A DNA stretch of 64,000 bases from an uncultured Thermoleophilaceae bacterium (GCA_964597975.1 CAZRAA010000001.1:8906-72905); one strand, 5' to 3'. Shown: positions 18,265-27,002, numbered from the stretch's first letter. The notes: generated by a model from the letters alone, not told the origin. A program made the numbers and translations.

Positions 18265-18280
18265 CAAAGATGCATCTTTG
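18265..18280. promoter_or_regulatory. Perfect AT-rich 16-bp palindrome between the HAD and PH-domain genes
   Basis: CAAAGATGCATCTTTG sits 16 nt after the HAD stop and 27 nt before the ATG at 18307. Confidence 0.3.
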
Positions 18281-18306
18281 TCGTATGCGAAGGTAGGGTC
18301 TTGGTT

Positions 18307-18780
18307 ATGGATTTGCATCCCGGTGAACAGATCGTTTTTGAGGGTCATCCGTCTTGGCGCGGGGTGCTTTCGTTCTATGTCAAGAACATCGCGGTCGATC
18401 TTGTGATCGCTGCGATCTTGTGGTTTGCGTGGTCAGAGACGTGGGCGGTGGTGGTCTTCGCGCTGCTCGTTGCTGGGACAATCCTCGTCGGATTCGTGCT
18501 GCGCATCGCGACCGTCTACACGATCACCAACGAACGACTGCGGATCCGGCGCGGGCTGATTTCGAAGAACGTCCAGCAGACCGACATCAACCGTGTTCAG
18601 AACGTCAACACCTCGCAGTCGCCGCTTGAGCGCGTGCTGCGCGTGGGTCGGGTGGACTTCGACACCGCAGGAACCGACGACTCCTCGTTCACGTTTGAGG
18701 GCATTGCCGACCCAGAGGCGATCGTCGCGGCTGTCGACGAGGCCAAGCGCGACGCGCCGCAGTCCGCCCAAGGCCTGTAG
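18307..18780 (+). CDS. Membrane-flanked bacterial PH-domain (bPH_2/YdbS-like) protein
   Basis: 'MDLHPGEQIVFEGHPSWRG', then two TM helices, then 'YTITNERLRIRRGLISKNVQQTDINRVQNVNTSQSPLERVLRVGRVDFDTAG'. A TTG at 18301 is an alternative start. Confidence 0.8.
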   Translation: MDLHPGEQIVFEGHPSWRGVLSFYVKNIAVDLVIAAILWFAWSETWAVVVFALLVAGTILVGFVLRIATVYTITNERLRIRRGLISKNVQQTDINRVQNVNTSQSPLERVLRVGRVDFDTAGTDDSSFTFEGIADPEAIVAAVDEAKRDAPQSAQGL

Positions 18781-19664
18781 TGATCGAAATCCCGTCCGCT
18801 GAACTCGCCGCCTGCGCGGGGGTCGGCGTCGCGGGAAACTTTGCCGGCCACCTCGAACAGGCCGGCGAAGCCGGCGACTTCGTCGGCGTCGACGCACCTG
18901 AACGTGCTCCAAAGGGCATTTTCCCGTGGTTTCTGCCCGGCAATGAGGACTTTCTCGGAGCGTTCCCGATATCGAGTGACTCGCTTCAACTGCCGGCACC
19001 CGCGGACGAGCTGAAACTCCAGATCGAACCTGAGATCGGGGTGATCTTCGACATCGAGTACGCAGGCGGAATCCCCGTTGGCCTCGCGCCACGCGCGCTG
19101 GGTGCTTTCAACGATTGCTCGATCCGGCGGCCGGGCGCGCGGAAGATCAGCGAGAAGAAGAACTGGGGCGCCTGCTCAAAAGGGTTCGCCAGACGGTGCT
19201 TCGAGATTGATGAAATCTCACGCGAAGCGGCCGCGCACATGCGGCTGGCCAGCTTCCTCAGGCGGGGCGGCGAATGCACCGAGTACGGGGTCGATTCTCC
19301 CGTCGCCGGCTACTCGTACTACGGCGACGCGCTTCTCGAGTGGCTGATCGACCGGATGCAGAATCAGCGCGGCGGCGACGGTCCGCTTGAGGATGTCGGT
19401 GCCCAGCTGGCCGACTGCGGCGCGCCCCGGCAAGTCCTGGTCGGCGTCGGCGCAACGCGCTACACATTATTTGGCCAGCAGAACTATCTGCAAGCCGGAG
19501 ACGAATCGATCGTGGTCGTCTACGACGAGCGCACGCACAGTCCAAAAGCGGTTGCGGACGCGGCGCGAATCGGCGATGAGCAGACGCTCGAGGCCGCGTC
19601 AGTCTTGACTCAACGCGTCGCGGCTACTGGCCAAAGCCCGGTGGGCGCAGCTCGTCCCACTTGA
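18780..19664 (+). CDS. Divergent FAH-fold (fumarylacetoacetate-hydrolase-like) protein, function unknown
   Basis: The GTG start shares one nt with the upstream TAG stop. FAH-like motifs are 'QIEPEIGVIF' (ExE), 'FNDCSIR' and 'NWGACSKGF'. The family assignment is tentative. Confidence 0.6.
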   Translation: MIEIPSAELAACAGVGVAGNFAGHLEQAGEAGDFVGVDAPERAPKGIFPWFLPGNEDFLGAFPISSDSLQLPAPADELKLQIEPEIGVIFDIEYAGGIPVGLAPRALGAFNDCSIRRPGARKISEKKNWGACSKGFARRCFEIDEISREAAAHMRLASFLRRGGECTEYGVDSPVAGYSYYGDALLEWLIDRMQNQRGGDGPLEDVGAQLADCGAPRQVLVGVGATRYTLFGQQNYLQAGDESIVVVYDERTHSPKAVADAARIGDEQTLEAASVLTQRVAATGQSPVGAARPT

Positions 19665-21054
19665 GCTGCCCTTCGAGCTGCGCGGCGAGCGAGATCAGCA
19701 GGGGTTCACTGCCGGCCGGGCCGAGCAGCTGGGCGCCGACCGGTAGGCCGTCGACAAACCCCGCCGGGACGTTGATGCCCGGCCAGCCGAGCACGTTCCA
19801 TGGCCAGGCGTAGGGGCAGGCGCCGATGTAGAGGCGATCGGTCGCCCAGCCGCCGAGGCCTTCGAGCGCGTTGGCCAGCAACGGCGGTTTCGCCGTAGTC
19901 GGTGCGACAACGACATCGAAGTCGCGGAAGATCTTCCCCGTCCGACGCCTGAGCACCGACTCCCACCGCCGCGCGAACTTCAGGGGCGCGCCGCCCAGCA
20001 ACCCGCCGAGACGAATGTTGTGGTGGGTGCGAGGATCGAGCAGCGACTTGTCCGGGACGCGCTCGGCCCAGCCGGCGACGCCTGCGGTCGAGCGCGGAAC
20101 GAAGCTCAGTCCGACATTGGCGTGCTTGAGGTTCTTGTGCGCGACGCTGTGCCCAGCCGAGGCAAGCGTCTCGGCGACCACTTCGACACGCTGCTTGATC
20201 CGCGGGTCAAGCCTGGCCGGCACCGCGCTGAAGGGAATCTTGTACGAGACGGCGATCCTCAGCTGGCCCGGGTCTTCGCCAACCTGATCGGCAAAAGGCC
20301 GCTCCGGCGGAGCCATCTGGTGCAGCTCGTTGGTGTCGTTGCCGGTGATCGCGTCGAGCAGGGTTGCCGCATCTTTCACCGTTCGCGCGAGCGGACCGTT
20401 GACCGCAATTCCGTTGAACGACTCCGGATCGGGCCAGGACGAGACGCGACCGCGCGTCGGTTTGATGCCCACAAGATTTGACCAGCTCGCCGGGATCCGC
20501 ACAGATCCGGCGCCGTCAGAGCCGACCGCCGCCGCAACCACACCGGCGGCGACGGCAGCGGCCGTGCCTCCCGAAGACCCACCCGGAGTGTGATCGAGAT
20601 TCCAGGGGCTGCGCGTGATTCCGAACGCGGGTCCGGCAGTGACCGACCATTGGCCGATTTCAGGGGAATTCGTCTTGCCGATGATTACGGCGCCGCCCTC
20701 GCGCAAGCGCCGCACCACCTCGCTGTCGGCCTGCTTGGGCTTGAACTCGCCGGGACATCCAAATGCCGTCGGGTGGCCGGCAAGATCGACATCGTCCTTG
20801 ATCGCGGTCGGCACGCCGAGCATCGGAGAACTCTCGCCGGCGGCGCGACGTTTGTCGGCCGCGTCCGCTGCCGCAAGCGCCTCGTCATCGAGGATCATCT
20901 TGAACGCGTTGATCTTGGGCTGAGATGCATGGGCCCGCTCAAGCGCGGCTTCAGTCAGCTCGCGCGAAGTGACCTCACCCGCAGCGAGCAGCTCCGATTG
21001 CTCCGTCACGGAGTCGGAAAATGCGCGCGCGTCTGATCTCGGAGAGGTCCCCAT
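19624..21054 (-). CDS. Amidase (amidase-signature family)
   Basis: 'GGSSGGTAAAVAAG' plus 'PTAIKDDVDLAGHPT'. 476 aa. Confidence 0.9.
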   Translation of the reverse strand: MGTSPRSDARAFSDSVTEQSELLAAGEVTSRELTEAALERAHASQPKINAFKMILDDEALAAADAADKRRAAGESSPMLGVPTAIKDDVDLAGHPTAFGCPGEFKPKQADSEVVRRLREGGAVIIGKTNSPEIGQWSVTAGPAFGITRSPWNLDHTPGGSSGGTAAAVAAGVVAAAVGSDGAGSVRIPASWSNLVGIKPTRGRVSSWPDPESFNGIAVNGPLARTVKDAATLLDAITGNDTNELHQMAPPERPFADQVGEDPGQLRIAVSYKIPFSAVPARLDPRIKQRVEVVAETLASAGHSVAHKNLKHANVGLSFVPRSTAGVAGWAERVPDKSLLDPRTHHNIRLGGLLGGAPLKFARRWESVLRRRTGKIFRDFDVVVAPTTAKPPLLANALEGLGGWATDRLYIGACPYAWPWNVLGWPGINVPAGFVDGLPVGAQLLGPAGSEPLLISLAAQLEGQLKWDELRPPGFGQ

Positions 21055-21210
21055 CTGCAGCTCCCGCTGTGGACATTATGCGGTCGACCTACGCAAAGCA
21101 CCAGACGTTGCCGAAAGAATCCGATCAGAAGGATCGCGGCCCGGCCGCGAGAACGCATCATCAGACCGGCAGCGACGCTGCCAAGCAGACGCTCCCCAGG
21201 AGGAAGACTC

Positions 21211-21897
21211 GTGAACAACTTTCCGCCCCCGCCGCCAGGCGGGCAGCCCCCGTACCAGCCGCCGCCAGGTCAGCCCGGCCAGCCCGGCCAGCCCCAGCAG
21301 CCCGGCCAGCCGCCGCAGCCCGGTCAGCAACAGCCGACCGGTCAATACCAGCAGCCCGACCCCTACCAGCAGCAGCAATACCAGCAGCCCGAGGACCCGC
21401 TCACAGCGCTCGACAAGAAGCGTAAGAAGCAGCTCTGGATCCTCTCCGGCATCGCCGCCGTGCTGATCGTCGGCGCCTTCTTCGGCGGCAAGGCCGTCGA
21501 GAAGAAGAACTACGACCCGGGTGCAGACGGCTACAACGCGATCTACGACGCGGGCGCCAAGTCCGGCAACGCCGCGGGCACCAAGTCGGGAGAGGCTTCC
21601 GGCCAGAAGCAGGGCAAGGAAGAGGGCATCGCTGAAGGCACCGAGAAGGGCAAGCAGCAGGGCGAAGCAGAGGGCACGGCTGCAGGTGCGTCGGCGGCGC
21701 TCGGCGGCTTCTCGAGCTGGAGCACGAGCGCGCCGTACGTCGTCTCGATGAATCAGGGTCCGAACTCCAACGTGCCCTATGCAGTCGACAGCCGCACGTT
21801 GATGCAGCCGAACACGTTCTACAAGATCTGCGCGTCCGGTCAGGGCGTCTGCACCGAGGCCGACCCGAACTCGGGTGGCGGATCGACGGGGCCGTAG
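21211..21897 (+). CDS. Pro/Gln-rich single-pass membrane protein, function unknown
   Basis: GTG start after 'CCAGGAGGAAG'. About 60 aa of P/Q/G repeats, TM 'LWILSGIAAVLIVGAFFGG', a G/K/E/A-rich segment, then a Cys-containing C-terminal domain. Confidence 0.7.
   Translation: MNNFPPPPPGGQPPYQPPPGQPGQPGQPQQPGQPPQPGQQQPTGQYQQPDPYQQQQYQQPEDPLTALDKKRKKQLWILSGIAAVLIVGAFFGGKAVEKKNYDPGADGYNAIYDAGAKSGNAAGTKSGEASGQKQGKEEGIAEGTEKGKQQGEAEGTAAGASAALGGFSSWSTSAPYVVSMNQGPNSNVPYAVDSRTLMQPNTFYKICASGQGVCTEADPNSGGGSTGP
21223..21390 (+). repeat. In-frame low-complexity CAGCC(C/G)GG(C/T)-type repeats encoding (P/Q/G)n
   Basis: 'CAGCCCGGCCAGCCCGGCCAGCCCCAGCAGCCCGGCCAGCCGCCGCAGCCCGGTCAG...' is read directly in the sequence. 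Confidence 0.8.
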
Positions 21898-21907
21898 GCT
21901 CTAGTTC

Positions 21908-22816
21908 GTGCGCTTCAGACGCGTCTCAAGAAGATCCGCGCTCCTGGCAGTGGCCGCCGCAGCAATGCTGTCGGCGGCCACTGCCGTCTGGAGCGCCAAT
22001 GCCCAGGCTGCGACCTGCGGTTCCGCGGTCGCCTATCCCGGCAACTCCGCGACCAGCGCGCAGTACGCCAATTGGATGGCCAACGGTGCCGTCCTCGCGA
22101 AGATCCCGGCGGAGCTCCCGGTGATGGCGGGGCTGGTCGAATCGGGATTGCGCAATCTTTCGTATGGCGACGCCGACAGCGTCGGCTTTTTCCAGATGCG
22201 TACGAGCATCTGGAACACCGGGAAGTACAAGGGCTACCTCAAAAAGCCAAGTCTCCAGATGCAGTGGTTCGTCGACCAGGCGGCCAGCGTGCGCGCCAGC
22301 CACATCAAGAACGGCAAGGGCGACCCGGCAAAGAGCACCACCAAGTACGGCGTCTGGATCGCCGACATCGAGCGCCCGGCGGCGCAGTATCGCGGTCGCT
22401 ACCAGCCGCGGCTCTCGCAAGCGAAGAAACTGATCGCCGAGACCTGCCCGGATCTGGTCGGAGTCAATGTGCTCGCGCCGGTTTCGAGCCTGCGCATCAA
22501 GAAAGTGCAACACCCCGGTCGAAGTGGCCAGCTTGCGGTGCGCGTGAGCTGTCCGAAGGACGCCTGCATCGCCACTGTCGCCGCGCAGTTCCGCTTGCCC
22601 GGGCGACGCGGCATGATCAAACTCGAGTCCGACACAACAATGCTCGCGGCCGGACAGCGCGCCCACGTCAAGGTCGTTGTGCCGCACTCGATTCGCAAGA
22701 GCATTCGCAAGCGACTCGTCGGTGGGTCGAGAACAAGGGCACGCCTACGGATCAGCGTTGCCGGCAACGACGGCGCGTCAACCGTCCGAGTTCGCAAGAT
22801 CACGCTGGCGCGCTAG
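21908..22816 (+). CDS. Secreted protein with an SLT-like (lytic transglycosylase) catalytic motif and a C-terminal beta-sandwich-like module
   Basis: Signal peptide 'RRSALLAVAAAAMLSAATAVWSANAQA'. 'LVESGLRNLSYGDADSVGFFQMR' resembles the SLT E-S...G-(L/F)-(M/F)-Q core. Confidence 0.6.
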   Translation: MRFRRVSRRSALLAVAAAAMLSAATAVWSANAQAATCGSAVAYPGNSATSAQYANWMANGAVLAKIPAELPVMAGLVESGLRNLSYGDADSVGFFQMRTSIWNTGKYKGYLKKPSLQMQWFVDQAASVRASHIKNGKGDPAKSTTKYGVWIADIERPAAQYRGRYQPRLSQAKKLIAETCPDLVGVNVLAPVSSLRIKKVQHPGRSGQLAVRVSCPKDACIATVAAQFRLPGRRGMIKLESDTTMLAAGQRAHVKVVVPHSIRKSIRKRLVGGSRTRARLRISVAGNDGASTVRVRKITLAR

Positions 22817-22821
22817 AGGTT

Positions 22822-24621
22822 CTAGCCGGCCAGAGTGCGCAATGCGCGCTCGAGCGACTTGGCGTCCTCGGCGACGATCGAAAGCAGGTTGGCGAGCAGC
22901 TTCGCCCGCATCTCGGCCTCTTGTCCGCGGAGTTGATCGAGCTTGCTGTGTGGCAGGGCCCAACACACGACGGCCGAATCGGCGACGAGGTCCGCGGACC
23001 GAGCAGAGCCAGTGACCAGCGCGAGCTCGCCGATCAGCGCACCCGGACCCATCGTCGCAAATCGTCGCCGATCGCCCGCGACGTGCGCGTACGACGAGAG
23101 CCTGCCGGCGGTCACCAGATACATCTCGTCAGCCGTATCACCCTCGGCAAAGAGCTGTTCCCCAGCCGAAAGCTCGCGCTTTGTCATCAGACCTTGCACG
23201 AACTCAAGCTGCGCATCCGAGAGCCCCGCCAGCAGCACGTGTTCGCTGAGCGGTATCGCTTCCGGCTCAGGCGCCGCGTCTGAGTCGCCGAGCAACTCGT
23301 CCTCGCACCACTCGAGTGCAAGATCAAGACCTGGACGGCTGCGCAGCTCGGCGCCCGCGGCCGCCGAGAGCTGATCGATCAGGACATCGGACCCGCAGAA
23401 GGCGACCGCGCGTCCCGCCGCCTCCATCTCGATTGCCATCGCCGCCATCAGCTCAGCGGCCTCCGGATCGATTCGATCGACGCGATGCAGATCGACCACC
23501 GTGCGCTCAAACGCCGCCCCGTCGATCGCCCGAATCGCGCGCTCGGCGGCGACGAAGTCAAGGTCGCCCTGCAATTCAAACGCCCCGGCGTGCTCGCCGG
23601 CGACCCCGAGCACCTTGAGCTGCTCGGGCGGTCGCCAGCGTTTGGAGCGCATCTGTGAGAGCCGAAAACGCGTGTGCACGGGTGAGACCGGCTTGGCGCC
23701 GACCTGGATCGGATGGAGGCCCAGCTCGCGGGTGAGGTCTTCGCAGACAAGCACACCGCGCACGCTGTTGCCTGCCGAGTCGAGGCGAGGAGAGAACACG
23801 CCGATGCCGAGTTGACCGGGCAGCACGGCGATGATGCCGCCGGCCACTCCGCTCTTGGCCGGAAGCCCCACCGTGTAGAGCCATTGACCGGCGTGGTTGT
23901 ACATCCCGCAGCTCATCATCACGCTGAGCACCTTGCGAACGGTCGCCTCACCCGCGGCGCGGCGACCGGTGCGGGGATTCATCCCTCCCGCGGCAAGCGT
24001 CGCGGCAATCGTCGCAAGGTCACGGCAGTCAACGAGCGCCGAGCACTGCGCGAAGTAATCCTCGACGACTTCGCCCGGCGGCTCGTCGATCGCGCCCGAG
24101 CCGTGCAAGAGGTAGGCGATCGCGCGATTGCGGTCTCCGGTGCGGCTTTCTCCTGAGCGCACGGCTTCATCGACTTCGAGCTGCCGGCCGGCGTAAGCCG
24201 AGTAGGTGTCAAGAATCCTCGGCAGTCGCGGCCGCTGCGCGTCGGAGCCAAGCAGCCCGACCGCCGCGATCGCGCCGGCATTGACCATCGGGTTCAGCGG
24301 CATCCCGGTTGCGGGATCGAGCGTGATCGAGTTGAACGCGTCGCCGGTCGGCTCGACGCCGATGTGCTTGCGAACCGTCTCCTCGCCGACCTCGTCGATC
24401 GCCAGCCCGTACGTCAACGGCTTGCTGATCGACTGAATCGTGAACGGCACTCGCGTATCGCCGGCCTCATACACGGCGCCATCGGCCGTGACCATCGCGA
24501 TCCCGAAGTAGTCGTCCGGCGCCGCCGCAAGTTCCGGGATGTAATCGGCGACCGCGCCGCCGCGATCGCCGACGTGGCGGTCGTGCAGTGACTGCAGGAA
24601 CTCAGATACGGGCGACTTCAT
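22822..24621 (-). CDS. glsA: Glutaminase A fused to a STAS domain and a cyclic-nucleotide-binding (CAP-effector) domain
   Basis: N-terminal 'ADYIPELAAAPDDYFGIAMVTADGAVYEAGDTRVPFTIQSISKPLTY' (glutaminase). Middle 'AFELQGDLDFVAAERAIRAI...VDLHRVDRIDPEAAELMAAM' (STAS-like). C-terminal 'LFAEGDTADEMYLVTAGRL...GELALVTGSARSADLVA' (cNMP phosphate-binding cassette). Confidence 0.85.
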   Translation of the reverse strand: MKSPVSEFLQSLHDRHVGDRGGAVADYIPELAAAPDDYFGIAMVTADGAVYEAGDTRVPFTIQSISKPLTYGLAIDEVGEETVRKHIGVEPTGDAFNSITLDPATGMPLNPMVNAGAIAAVGLLGSDAQRPRLPRILDTYSAYAGRQLEVDEAVRSGESRTGDRNRAIAYLLHGSGAIDEPPGEVVEDYFAQCSALVDCRDLATIAATLAAGGMNPRTGRRAAGEATVRKVLSVMMSCGMYNHAGQWLYTVGLPAKSGVAGGIIAVLPGQLGIGVFSPRLDSAGNSVRGVLVCEDLTRELGLHPIQVGAKPVSPVHTRFRLSQMRSKRWRPPEQLKVLGVAGEHAGAFELQGDLDFVAAERAIRAIDGAAFERTVVDLHRVDRIDPEAAELMAAMAIEMEAAGRAVAFCGSDVLIDQLSAAAGAELRSRPGLDLALEWCEDELLGDSDAAPEPEAIPLSEHVLLAGLSDAQLEFVQGLMTKRELSAGEQLFAEGDTADEMYLVTAGRLSSYAHVAGDRRRFATMGPGALIGELALVTGSARSADLVADSAVVCWALPHSKLDQLRGQEAEMRAKLLANLLSIVAEDAKSLERALRTLAG

Positions 24622-24637
24622 CCGCCCCGCCGTCGAT

Positions 24638-25135
24638 TCAGCCGCTCGTGTCCACGCCGCTGCAATCGACCGGCTGCAGCGTCGTCTTGTAGCTCTCGAT
24701 CAGCTGTTCGCCGGCAGATTTGAGCTTGGCCTGGGCATTCTCGAGCGAGAGGCTCGTGCCGAGGCTGCGCAGGGTGCTGGAGACCTCGCTGCCGAACTGT
24801 TCGTTGGCCTGCTCGATCTGCTGCTTGCGGTTGGGGTCAAGATCGGCCTGGTTTTCCTTGATCGTCTTGAGGTCTTGGACGATTCCGTTGACGTCTGACT
24901 TGAAGCCGTCGACTGTGAAATTGGTCACCGTCGTCGAGGCGAGGTTGTCGACCCGAGTCTGAATGTCCTGACGGGCCGTGCAGACCGCCTGCAGCGCCTT
25001 CTCTTCCTTGGAGGTGCGCGTCACAAAGAAGACGATCAGGCCCAGAACGACCACAAGCAGGATCGATCCGAGGACGATCATCACGGTTCTGTTGCTTTTG
25101 GCGACTGGGTCGGGTGCTGGCGTCGAAGCTTCCAT
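24638..25135 (-). CDS. Single-pass membrane protein with a helical/coiled-coil ectodomain, function unknown
   Basis: Start at 'MEASTPAPDPVAKSNRTVMIVLGSILLVVVLGLIVFFV'. It ends 16 nt upstream of the glutaminase start on the same strand. Confidence 0.65.
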   Translation of the reverse strand: MEASTPAPDPVAKSNRTVMIVLGSILLVVVLGLIVFFVTRTSKEEKALQAVCTARQDIQTRVDNLASTTVTNFTVDGFKSDVNGIVQDLKTIKENQADLDPNRKQQIEQANEQFGSEVSSTLRSLGTSLSLENAQAKLKSAGEQLIESYKTTLQPVDCSGVDTSG

Positions 25136-25233
25136 GGAATCGGATCCTAACGGACCCAATACCGCCGCGAACGCGCGCCTAGACTCCCGGCGTGGCCAGC
25201 GCAATCCAGCCGGGCGAAAGCCGCCTCTCACGC

Positions 25234-25932
25234 ATGCTCTGCGGCAACGGCAGGCTGATCAGCCGTCTGGGCCCTTTCTACGCCGGATTCGGCAGCTTCA
25301 CCTGGTGGGTCGCGACGCTGTTCATGATCGGCTCTTTCTGCTTTGCGGCGGGTACCGTCGTAGCCGTCTCATCCGCACCGGAGGCCGCCGGCGCGATCTA
25401 CTTCGTCGGCTCGATCTTCTTCACGACCGCCGGGTTCGGGCAGTTTCTCTCGGCGCTCAACGCCGGACACTTCGACCAACCGCGCTGGTTTGGCCGCGTG
25501 CCGCACTCGGTCGACTGGAAGGCGTCGGCGATTCAGTCCGTCGGCACGCTTTGCTTCAACGTCAGCACCGGCTTTGCGCTGGCCAGCGCGCTGTCGGCCT
25601 CACAGGCCAAGCACCTCGTCTGGGCGCCGGATGCCTACGGGTCGATCGCCTTCCTCTGGTCGAGCTGGCTGGCGTTCGCCGCCGTCCGCGCCAGTTGGCA
25701 CGGCCACCCGCGCCGCGGTGCGACCTGGGCGACCGCGTCGCTGAATCTGCTGGGATCGATCTTCTTCGGACTCTCGGCCATTGGTGCTTACGTAATCCCA
25801 GACAACGGCGACTTGCTGAACACCGCGGCGGCAAACGGCGGCACGCTGCTCGGAGCAGTTTGCTTCTTCTTCGGCGCATGGCTGATGTGGCCAGAAGCCG
25901 AGAAGCTGGCGCTTGAGGAGCAACGCGCATGA
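25234..25932 (+). CDS. Integral membrane protein with six repeated 'G(S/T/A)(I/F/L/V)xF' TM helices (YrhK-like by recollection)
   Basis: ATG at 25234. Repeats: 'IGSFCFAAG', 'VGSIFFTTAG', 'VGTLCFNVSTG', 'YGSIAFLWSS', 'LGSIFFGLSA', 'LGAVCFFFGA'. The stop overlaps the PLD start (ATGA). Confidence 0.65.
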   Translation: MLCGNGRLISRLGPFYAGFGSFTWWVATLFMIGSFCFAAGTVVAVSSAPEAAGAIYFVGSIFFTTAGFGQFLSALNAGHFDQPRWFGRVPHSVDWKASAIQSVGTLCFNVSTGFALASALSASQAKHLVWAPDAYGSIAFLWSSWLAFAAVRASWHGHPRRGATWATASLNLLGSIFFGLSAIGAYVIPDNGDLLNTAAANGGTLLGAVCFFFGAWLMWPEAEKLALEEQRA

Positions 25933-26993
25933 ACGGAGGTGGCGTGAAGATCACGACGCTGACCGACGGCGGCCAAACCGCCGACGTGATCGCCCAGCCG
26001 ATCGTCGAACTGATCGAAGGCGCAGACCAAACGCTCGACCTCGCGCTCTACGACGTGCGGCTCCCGGGCGAGGTTGGAGATCGGGTCGCGGGCGCTATAC
26101 GCGCGGCCGCGGGACGAGGCGTCGCAGTACGGATCATGTACAACGCAGACGGCCTCTACAAGATTCCGGTGCCGCCGCCGCCGAGCACACACCCTGAGTT
26201 GCTGGCGGCGCTGGACGTGCCGCTGAAGGGCATCCCCGGCGAGCCGGACCTGATGCATCACAAGTACGTCGTAGCCGACGGACGAAGGATCTGGTCGGGT
26301 TCGACCAACTGGACACTCGATTCATGGACGCGCGAGGAGAACGCGATCGTCGAGCTCGAATCAAGCGAACTCGCCGCCGCCTACACGCGCAACTTCGAGC
26401 AGCTCTGGGAGCGCCAGCAGGTTGAGGGAAGCGGCGACTTCGACGCTCCGCTGGCAACAGTCGGGGTCAGCAACGTACAGGCCTGGTTCTCACCGGGACG
26501 CGGCGAGCAGCTCGCGCACCGCATCGCCAAACAGATCGGCATTTCGCGCAAGCGGGTTCGGATCGCCTCTCCGGTGCTGACCAGCGGACCGATCCTTGGC
26601 ACCCTGGCTGAAGTTCTCGCCGAACGGCGGGTCGAGGTGCTTGGCGTCTGCGACTGGACACAACTGCACGCGGTCTTCGGTCAATGGAAGAACAACCCCG
26701 GCTCGCACTGGAAGATGCCGCTTCTGCACGACGTGCTCGAGGGAGCGCTCTTCACCGGCAAGCGCTCGACCCCGTACGCGCCCGGCCGGGTCCACGATTA
26801 CATGCACGCGAAGATCACGGTCTGCGACGACGTCAGCTTCGTCGGCTCGTTCAATCTCTCGCGCAGCGGTGAACAGAATGCCGAGAACGTGCTCGAGATT
26901 CATGACGCCGCGATCGCCGACCGTCTGGCGGCGTATGTCGATCAGGTGCGCGCGCTCTACCCGGACGTCGACCCGCCCGACTTCACCCACTAG
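25929..26993 (+). CDS. Phospholipase D-superfamily protein with two HKD motifs; no signal peptide or TM
   Basis: HKD-1 'HHKYVVADGRRIWSGSTNWT'. HKD-2 'MHAKITVCDDVSFVGSFNLS'. Confidence 0.85.
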   Translation: MNGGGVKITTLTDGGQTADVIAQPIVELIEGADQTLDLALYDVRLPGEVGDRVAGAIRAAAGRGVAVRIMYNADGLYKIPVPPPPSTHPELLAALDVPLKGIPGEPDLMHHKYVVADGRRIWSGSTNWTLDSWTREENAIVELESSELAAAYTRNFEQLWERQQVEGSGDFDAPLATVGVSNVQAWFSPGRGEQLAHRIAKQIGISRKRVRIASPVLTSGPILGTLAEVLAERRVEVLGVCDWTQLHAVFGQWKNNPGSHWKMPLLHDVLEGALFTGKRSTPYAPGRVHDYMHAKITVCDDVSFVGSFNLSRSGEQNAENVLEIHDAAIADRLAAYVDQVRALYPDVDPPDFTH

Positions 26994-27002
26994 TCCCCAG
27001 AC

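Noticed and set aside
21223-21390. CAGCC(C/G)GG(C/T) repeats as a non-coding satellite or VNTR
   Set aside because: The repeats are in frame within an ORF that has a good Shine-Dalgarno sequence and continues into a TM helix and a structured domain. They are coding low complexity (P/Q/G).
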